This document shows positions 38,199 through 43,923 of a stretch of 43,923 bases of DNA, in pieces. Each line of letters starts with the position of its first letter. Within the stretch, counting starts at the first letter, position 1. Below the pieces are notes generated by a model. It was not told the DNA's origin. It was given only the letters and a program-made list of their open reading frames with translations, and searched no databases. A program made the translations under genes and the position numbers. The stretch is from contig CAZMZI010000002.1 of the NCBI GenBank assembly GCA_964570775.1, positions 1-43,923 of the forward strand. Reading direction: 5' to 3'. Source of the stretch: an uncultured Pseudomonadales bacterium. GTDB lineage: Bacteria > Patescibacteriota > Microgenomatia > UBA1400 > PJMF01.

Positions 38199-38276
38199 GT
38201 ATTCTCTACTTCTCAAGAAACAACCTCACGCTCTTTTTTGTACAACTGAAGACCCAATTGTAGCACTAGAGATATG

Positions 38277-39257
38277 CTAGCGCAAGTATCTATTAATGTT
38301 TGCGTTATGCTCATCTAAGGTCTGAGCAAAATACATCTCACCAGAAGGTGCATGGAGATAAAAAAGGTCATCAACAACTAAGGGATCCAATGCTGCCTTC
38401 AGTGCATTACTGCCAGGATTACAAATAGGGCCAGGTGGCAAACCAGGATACATATAGGTATTGAACAAACTAGTAATTTGCTTATCTGCCGAAAGTGGTG
38501 TGCCCCACCACTCTCCTTGTGCATTCTTACCTTTTGCATATTGGAGTGTTGCGTCTACTTGCAGTGCCATACCCAAATCAATTCTGTTCCAAAGGATGCC
38601 TGCTACATGTCGCATCTGCGTATAGTCACGCGCCTCTCTTTGTACCAACGAAGCCATAATAAGCACATCCTCAAACGGCCTCACTTGTGCATCAATCAAA
38701 CTCTGTAGTGAGTCGACTTGAGCTATATACTGCGTAGTAAGCAGCTCATACAACTGTTCAGCTGTCATCTCTCTAGGCACTAGGTAGGTTTCTGGAAACA
38801 GCGTCCCTTCACTTTCTGAAGACAAAGACAAGAAGGTTTCAATATCAAACTCCGTGAGCTCTTCTTGCGCATCCAAATACTCTGCAACTTGTTCTACCCT
38901 CCAGCCTTCAAGTATGGTTATCCACACGTCTTGTGTCCCTTTTGTAAGTTGCTGGGCAATCTCATGAGGTGTCTGTGTAGGTGACAAATCAAAAGACCCA
39001 GCTTGTAACTTTGGACCAAGACCTTTGAAACGTACTAATAATTTAAAGAGATTAGCATTTTTAATGAGGCCTGCTTCTTGCAATCTGTAAGCAATTGAAC
39101 CTACTGCCTCACCTTTTTTTATAACAAAAACTTGATTTATCGTTTGTGCATCAGAGACAGGCTGCAATAGTGTCCAAACAAAGAGAAACACACTAGCCAC
39201 TAAAATAGAGAGTGTAACACAAGCTCCCAGTAACAACTGTTTTTTTGAAATACTCAT
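38277..39257 (-). CDS. mltG: Endolytic murein transglycosylase MltG (YceG family)
   Basis: N-terminal TM helix. YceG signature MASLVQREARDYTQMRHVAGILWNRIDLGMALQVDATLQYA...YNTYMYPGLPPGPICNPG. The ATG at 39257 overlaps the macro-domain gene stop (TGATG); the track start at 39260 is TTG. Confidence 0.9.
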   Translation of the reverse strand: MSISKKQLLLGACVTLSILVASVFLFVWTLLQPVSDAQTINQVFVIKKGEAVGSIAYRLQEAGLIKNANLFKLLVRFKGLGPKLQAGSFDLSPTQTPHEIAQQLTKGTQDVWITILEGWRVEQVAEYLDAQEELTEFDIETFLSLSSESEGTLFPETYLVPREMTAEQLYELLTTQYIAQVDSLQSLIDAQVRPFEDVLIMASLVQREARDYTQMRHVAGILWNRIDLGMALQVDATLQYAKGKNAQGEWWGTPLSADKQITSLFNTYMYPGLPPGPICNPGSNALKAALDPLVVDDLFYLHAPSGEMYFAQTLDEHNANINRYLR

Positions 39258-39832
39258 CAAGCATCATTTCTGTTATATGTTTCATCAAAAATTGGCTCTG
39301 CAATAGCACATTTTTCTGCAGTATAAAAAATGCAACGTACTTCCTTAATGGTAGAACCTGCAAACTGAGGGTCAAAAAAGTATCCGCCAATTGCTCTTGC
39401 CATAACTTGAGAAGCTTTATCAACTGGATACCCAGAGATACCGGTAGAAATACAGGGGAATGTAATGCTTGTTAACTGATACTGGTCAGCCAACCAAAGA
39501 CAATTACGATAGCATGCCGTTAGCAACTGGGTTTCTTGTCCATCTGCTTTGCCAAACACTGGTCCAACGGTATGGATAATGTATGGTGCGGGAAGATTAT
39601 ATCCCTTGGTAATTATAACTTGCGCAGTTTCTAAACCACCATACTGTTTGCACTCTTCTTTCATCCCTGGTCCTGCAGCCTGCGTAATTGCCGTATCCAC
39701 ACCACCAGCCATTTCGAAATTTTTGGTTGTGGCATTTACAATAGCATCGGTGTGTTGTTGCGTTATATCACCTTCCAGCAACACAACCAAGGGTAACGTA
39801 CCAAAGTGTTTCCAGTATTCTTTTTTATGCAT
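39257..39832 (-). CDS. Macro-domain protein (ADP-ribose / O-acetyl-ADP-ribose binding or hydrolase family)
   Basis: LLEGDITQQHTDAIVNATTKNFEMAGGVDTAITQAAGP...IIHTVGPVF...SITFPCISTGISGYP, the canonical macro-domain motifs. Confidence 0.85.
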   Translation of the reverse strand: MHKKEYWKHFGTLPLVVLLEGDITQQHTDAIVNATTKNFEMAGGVDTAITQAAGPGMKEECKQYGGLETAQVIITKGYNLPAPYIIHTVGPVFGKADGQETQLLTACYRNCLWLADQYQLTSITFPCISTGISGYPVDKASQVMARAIGGYFFDPQFAGSTIKEVRCIFYTAEKCAIAEPIFDETYNRNDA

Positions 39833-39874
39833 AGCGCGTAATATCCCAATAGTAACACAAACTACAACAGGCCT

Positions 39875-40264
39875 CTACTCATGTTCATCAATCCATTCTT
39901 GTAAGAAAGTAGCAGCCGCAAAGTGGTCAATTGCACTTCTTCGCACTGCTTTCTTTGCAAATTGGAGCTTTTCATGTACGGATTTAGAGCTCAGGGTTTC
40001 GTCAATACACTGCACTGGAAGTGACACACGTTGTTGTAACTCTTGTGCAAATGTTTGGCTTTTTTGAGCCATTTCATTTTCAGAAACACCAACCACTATT
40101 TGGGCAACTTCTTCCTCGGCAATAATGGCGAGCAAAATTGAAAACAGATTGGCATCATTTGGCACAATGGTAAGTGGGTCTGCAAGTGTGCCTCGACTCA
40201 CTGCTACACCCACCCGTACTGTGCCATAATCGAGTGCTAATGTCTTTGGAATCATAGTGGTCAT
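39875..40264 (-). CDS. ruvX: YqgF/RuvX-family putative pre-16S rRNA nuclease (Holliday-junction-resolvase-like)
   Basis: MTTMIPKTLALDYGTVRVGVAVS...IVVGVSENEMAQ...IDETLSSK...DHFAAATFLQEW. The ATG at 40264 overlaps the sortase stop (TAATG); the 20-aa upstream extension in the track is non-homologous. Confidence 0.88.
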   Translation of the reverse strand: MTTMIPKTLALDYGTVRVGVAVSRGTLADPLTIVPNDANLFSILLAIIAEEEVAQIVVGVSENEMAQKSQTFAQELQQRVSLPVQCIDETLSSKSVHEKLQFAKKAVRRSAIDHFAAATFLQEWIDEHE

Positions 40265-41211
40265 TATTGTACCAGCTGAGCTGTAACTACACCTCTGCGA
40301 AGGTAAGTACCCTCTGGGGTACAAGTTACTAGCTTAAGCTGCTTTGCATCGTAGTGTTGTGTCAAGATATACACGTCTTCAGGTTGTACTTCAGTTTTTT
40401 CCTGAACTATGTATCGATACTTCACCCCGTCTGCGGTTACAAAAATCTCGTCACCAGATTTAAGTGTCATAATAGTACTAAAAATTGAATTATACCTTCG
40501 GGGATTCTTTTCACTGGGGTTATAAAACTGTCTGAGCACCGAGTGTCCAAAAATTACTGGCGCACCTGGTTTGCCAGGCAAAGCAGTACCTTTATATGCC
40601 ACCAAAGACTTATTAAGGTCAACCCCTCCCACAGTAACAACTGCGTTCTGAATGTTCAGCTTTGGAATATCAATAACATACTCTTCAATTGAGCTCTCTG
40701 TACTTCCTTGTAGTGGCAATTCTGGCAGGGTGGCAGTAGTAAACCAATTATTGAGGTTAGTGTAATCTAGTTGTTCATCAACAATGATAGGCTCGATGTG
40801 CTCATCGCTCAAACCAGCTACTGTTCCGGAATTATCAATTACTAAAGGAGTAACATCCATAACTTGTTCACGAGGAATCGGTGCTAAGAGATATGCCGTT
40901 TGCAGTGCAGGTGAAGTACTCACATAATACGTCAAGATTGGGAACACAGCACTGCCAACCAAGTAGATGCCAAAACCTAGAAAAAAAACTGGTATAACAA
41001 ATGCTCCAAGTCGTACTACTTTTGGCACTCTCCTCTTAACTTTTTGAGCGCGCTCTGTTACATAGGTTTTTTCGACTACGTCACTCACAGACATTCGAGC
41101 CATTTGTTTTTGAATTTTCGACTCTAATTCCTCTAAAGGTACACCACGAAGTAACGCTTTACGATATAACTCAACTAATTGAGAATGGAGAACGGTCTGC
41201 TTGGCACTCAT
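40264..41211 (-). CDS. Sortase-family transpeptidase with a ~65-aa cytoplasmic N-terminal extension
   Basis: TM helix LGAFVIPVFFLGFGIYLVGSAVFPIL. Catalytic triad context: PVIFGHS (His), QLKLVTCTP (TLxTC-type Cys), YLRRGVVTAQLV (Arg). The start overlaps the upstream gene stop (TAATG at 41209..41213). Confidence 0.88.
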   Translation of the reverse strand: MSAKQTVLHSQLVELYRKALLRGVPLEELESKIQKQMARMSVSDVVEKTYVTERAQKVKRRVPKVVRLGAFVIPVFFLGFGIYLVGSAVFPILTYYVSTSPALQTAYLLAPIPREQVMDVTPLVIDNSGTVAGLSDEHIEPIIVDEQLDYTNLNNWFTTATLPELPLQGSTESSIEEYVIDIPKLNIQNAVVTVGGVDLNKSLVAYKGTALPGKPGAPVIFGHSVLRQFYNPSEKNPRRYNSIFSTIMTLKSGDEIFVTADGVKYRYIVQEKTEVQPEDVYILTQHYDAKQLKLVTCTPEGTYLRRGVVTAQLVQ

Positions 41212-43436
41212 TACTTAATTTCTTTTTTGAGCACTACTTCAACACGCTTGGCATCCTTAGGCACGCTGCGAGCAAAAGAAGGCATGAGTACTGCTTCAAC
41301 ACTTTTCACCCCTGTCAGGGTTTTTAAGTAGTTCTGAGCATCAGCTACAGATAAGCCGAGTATGCCCTGCTTTGCTTCTTCCAAACTAATCTTTGGGATT
41401 GCTACAGAACTAAGGTTTGCTGAAATCTTAGTGATACCTGCGGATCCAGATGCAGTTTTAGTTTCCTCTGGTGCTGAAAGGATTTGAGGCTTTTCCTCGG
41501 AGAGTTCATACCCTTCTGGAATTTCACTGGCCAAAACTGCTGCTGCAAGTGGCTGCAAATCTTGAATAGTATAGGAAAGAAGAGATACCGTCATTTCTAA
41601 GTCTGCAGTCACCTCATTGGCTTCCGTATCAACTTTTGCATCGTATGTAACAGACTCTTTAGATACCACTGCTTCTGGTAACACATATACCCCCTCTGGA
41701 GCCTCATCTTGCAAGGCTTTGCTTGCCTCATCTAGAAGTTTTTTCTTTAGTTCACTGAATGCTTCAGCTTGGTCTGCAGCAGCAACAACCCGGACTTCTC
41801 TGCTTGAACCACCGGTGAAATCTTTAGTGGCTACTGCTTCATACGTTGTTGCAGCGAAAGACTCAATGATGAATTTACTCTCTTTAGCAATATTACTTTC
41901 AATACCAATTTCTTTAGCGGTAATAGCAACATCTGTTTTACCAAACTCGGTTTCTGTCTTACCAACTTTTTCAGTTACACTTGCAGAAGCAACTTTCACG
42001 TCTGTATCAAGAGTGAACAACAAAGATCCAGATTTGAAGGAGGTACCAGCTTTAAACTCTTTTTCTGCAGTCGTTTTGTTATAGAGGGTAACAGTACCTT
42101 TAGCTTTTTCACCAACAATTTTAATACCAGTGGTAAGTATAGTGTTTTCTCCCGAAACTGTTTTAGAAACTGTCTTGGCTGCAAGTATCAACTTTTCTGC
42201 ATCAGATTGAGTTGCCGTAGAATCGAGTTGCAGCGTAACCTGCTTGGCAACTTGCTTCGTTTCAAGCTCAAGCACAAACTTGGTTGTCGCAAAGAGAGAC
42301 GTGGCAAAAAAGGCTAATGCAACAATAGTAAGTAATCCACCTACAATTCCCGCTATAACAAATTTCTTTGTATGTTTGGTATGAAATAAAGAGTGCATAT
42401 CTTTTTTTGTAGCAGCTGGAGCATTTTTTGTTTCCACATGTTCAGAAGCTTGTTTTTTGGCAGCATGACTGGTAGGTGCATGTACAGCTGAATGGGCATC
42501 TTTAAGTTTTTCTGGCGGTATAGGTATTCCAAAAGAAGTTGGTTGATGCTCGGCGAAACCTAAATCTGCAGCGGTACTTTGTGAAACAGCTTGCAACTCC
42601 GAACCAGCTACAGGTTGGAGATGCTGTGAAGATTGGGATGCTGTTGACAATCCTTTTGTTGCTGCAATAGCTACGCCCGCTTCATCTGCCAAAGTCTGCA
42701 GATATTCTTGCTGAGAAATAACGTGGATTGTTGGAGTTTGCAAAAATTCTGGATGCTCTGTCCAGTTAATCGCTAAAAGATGTTGCTGAACTTCACGTAA
42801 CGCTTCATCTGTCTCATCACTTGATGCTAAAAGCAACTGAGGGGGTAAATAACCGGCATTTTCAACAGATGGATTTGAAAATCGTGCAAGACCTTCTGCT
42901 AAATCACCTACTAAATCTCCAGATCTACCAACAGATACAGTACCCGTAACCGTACCTCTTTCCACAAGTGACAACGTCACGTGTTCTACTCCAACTATTA
43001 CTACAACGGCAGAAAACCGTGCATCTTTGGCAAGTTGTTTTTCCACTACTGCCTCAGATGTGACTATAAAACCAAGTGGCTCTAGTGAAAGATCATCGGT
43101 AATTTTTTTTAGGAGAGGTTTTTTCTCGTCTGCTAATTCACCAGCCTTGGTCCATGTATGTGGCACTGCAAATAGAACAGCACTGACTTGTTCTGACTCA
43201 GGACCTAAGTCTTGCAGTACCTCATCAGTTCTTTGTACGGCTGTCGTAGTATCTGTATATTTTTTTTGCTTAGAGCGTTGTTCAAGCTCAACTACACCGT
43301 TCTCAATTTTGAGCAGTAGTGACTGTACTGAACCACTCGTAATTATTAGACCAAGAAAACGATCAACTGTTTGAGTAGCTGTTTTTTTGTTGGTAAAGAG
43401 TTGTGGCAGTTCCATAGTGTGCGCAACAGAAAACAA
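41211..43436 (-). CDS. Bitopic membrane protein of unknown function: degenerate ASKHA (actin/Hsp70-like) cytoplasmic domain, low-complexity linker, one TM helix and a ~355-aa ectodomain
   Basis: 741-aa ORF. The track start is a TTG with GGGAG 11 nt upstream, and an ATG at codon 8 is an alternative. TM helix FVIAGIVGGLLTIVALAFFATSLFA (about aa 358-385). See the findings for the motif-level reasoning. I recognise no confident family. Confidence 0.6.
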   Translation of the reverse strand: MFSVAHTMELPQLFTNKKTATQTVDRFLGLIITSGSVQSLLLKIENGVVELEQRSKQKKYTDTTTAVQRTDEVLQDLGPESEQVSAVLFAVPHTWTKAGELADEKKPLLKKITDDLSLEPLGFIVTSEAVVEKQLAKDARFSAVVVIVGVEHVTLSLVERGTVTGTVSVGRSGDLVGDLAEGLARFSNPSVENAGYLPPQLLLASSDETDEALREVQQHLLAINWTEHPEFLQTPTIHVISQQEYLQTLADEAGVAIAATKGLSTASQSSQHLQPVAGSELQAVSQSTAADLGFAEHQPTSFGIPIPPEKLKDAHSAVHAPTSHAAKKQASEHVETKNAPAATKKDMHSLFHTKHTKKFVIAGIVGGLLTIVALAFFATSLFATTKFVLELETKQVAKQVTLQLDSTATQSDAEKLILAAKTVSKTVSGENTILTTGIKIVGEKAKGTVTLYNKTTAEKEFKAGTSFKSGSLLFTLDTDVKVASASVTEKVGKTETEFGKTDVAITAKEIGIESNIAKESKFIIESFAATTYEAVATKDFTGGSSREVRVVAAADQAEAFSELKKKLLDEASKALQDEAPEGVYVLPEAVVSKESVTYDAKVDTEANEVTADLEMTVSLLSYTIQDLQPLAAAVLASEIPEGYELSEEKPQILSAPEETKTASGSAGITKISANLSSVAIPKISLEEAKQGILGLSVADAQNYLKTLTGVKSVEAVLMPSFARSVPKDAKRVEVVLKKEIK

Positions 43437-43516
43437 GGAAGACTATTCTCCCTCTCTCTATGATACATCACATTAAAGCAAAAAAGCAGCCTGCTGAGAA
43501 GATGAAAAGTAGTAGA

Positions 43517-43923
43517 CTACTCTAAGTAGACTCTTCGCACTCCCGCCGATACAGACTGTTCTTTAACAATCTTAACTGGACCAATACTGCCAGTACTGGC
43601 TACATGTGGACCACCACAGAACTCTTTTGAGACCCAGTTAGTTTCTGGATCTGCTCCGATGGTGTACACGGTAACCGTATCAGGGTACTTTTCAACAAAA
43701 AAGGCAATTGCGCCAGAAGAAAGCGCTTCCTGTTTTGGCAGAGTTTGTACACTCACCGGCAAGTCCTCACGAATCCATTGGTTCATTTGGTCTTCAACTT
43801 GTTGCTTTTGCTCTTGGGTTAGAGGCTCTGTGTGGGTAAAATCAAAACGCAAACGATCTCCCGTAATGTTTGACCCTTTTTGTTGTACGTGAGTTCCCAC
43901 AATTTTTCGTAATGCCGCATGTA
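43517..43923 (-). CDS. alaS: 3' end of an alanyl-tRNA synthetase or AlaX-type editing protein (tRNA_SAD editing domain); the gene continues beyond the window
   Basis: The frame is open to the window edge: ...HAALRKIVGTHVQQKGSNITGDRLRFDFTH...EFCGGPHVASTGSIGPVKIVKEQSVSAGVRRVYLE-stop. This aligns with the AlaRS editing-domain motifs HAALRKVLGTHV.QKGS, CGGTH and AAGVRRIEAV. Confidence 0.8.
   Translation of the reverse strand, partial: HAALRKIVGTHVQQKGSNITGDRLRFDFTHTEPLTQEQKQQVEDQMNQWIREDLPVSVQTLPKQEALSSGAIAFFVEKYPDTVTVYTIGADPETNWVSKEFCGGPHVASTGSIGPVKIVKEQSVSAGVRRVYLE

Noticed and set aside
38012-38276. Possibility that the 265-nt rpoB upstream spacer hosts a small RNA gene (SRP/4.5S RNA, tRNA or 6S).
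   Set aside because: ACCAGGU resembles part of the SRP domain IV 5' strand, but the GGAA tetraloop and AGCAGCC partner strand are absent. I could not draw a cloverleaf with T-loop GTTCRANYC. I interpret the region as an mRNA leader or attenuator, and an Rfam scan would settle it.
40265-40324. Upstream extensions given by the track for ruvX (40265..40324), rplO (17187..17210, TTG), rpmC (21204..21215, TTG), mltG (39258..39260, TTG) and the LTD protein (3263..3280, TTG).
   Set aside because: In each case an in-frame ATG lies at the position where homology begins. That ATG gives either a 1-nt stop/start overlap or a short spacer with a purine-rich Shine-Dalgarno-like element. The extensions add non-homologous residues and overlap the upstream gene.
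1-43923. Alternative genetic code (UGA as Gly, code 25), as used by some candidate-phylum lineages.
   Set aside because: All long conserved genes (rpoB, rpoC, fusA, tuf, secY) are intact full-length ORFs under the standard code with no in-frame TGA. TGA also sits at sensible gene ends with coupled downstream starts (4469..4471 and 39257..39259).
1-43923. Mobile elements, prophage remnants, toxin-antitoxin pairs, CRISPR arrays and rRNA or tRNA genes.
   Set aside because: I recognised no transposase, integrase or recombinase-like ORFs, no terminal inverted repeats flanking a block, no regularly spaced direct repeats and no cloverleaf-compatible sequences. The window is essentially core genome plus envelope and transport genes.

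Overview
This window looks like part of a small, AT-leaning bacterial genome, with gene order and content consistent with a reduced CPR/Patescibacteria-type organism that has a Gram-positive-like envelope. That attribution is an inference.

About 28.5 kb (9536..38011) is one uninterrupted minus-strand array of 38 core information-processing genes: rpoB-rpoC, rpsL-rpsG-fusA-tuf, the S10, spc and alpha clusters, then rplM-rpsI directly after rplQ. The array includes rpmJ (13476..13589), which is missing from the ORF track. There is no room for rpmD (L30) between rpsE and rplO.

The left flank (plus strand, 1..9526) carries:
- a 5'-truncated giant polytopic membrane protein with GT-C-like architecture
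- a secreted protein with two lamin-tail domains, a Pro/Thr linker and an LPKSG-type sorting signal
- a VanZ-like protein
- a monocistronic HU gene with its own promoter-like motif and terminator
- a five-gene ABC-2 transporter operon with one ATPase and four paralogous permeases

The right flank (minus strand, 38277..43923) reads alaS/alaX 3' end, a 741-aa bitopic protein, sortase, ruvX, a macro-domain protein, mltG. A structured 265-nt leader then precedes rpoB.

The most interesting candidate system is the 741-aa protein. It has a degenerate actin/Hsp70-like cytoplasmic domain, a TM helix and an unassigned ectodomain, and it is translationally coupled to a sortase. The LPKSG-bearing LTD surface protein at the other end of the window is a plausible substrate.

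I saw no rRNA, tRNA, CRISPR array, transposase or integrase. The standard genetic code fits all conserved genes.
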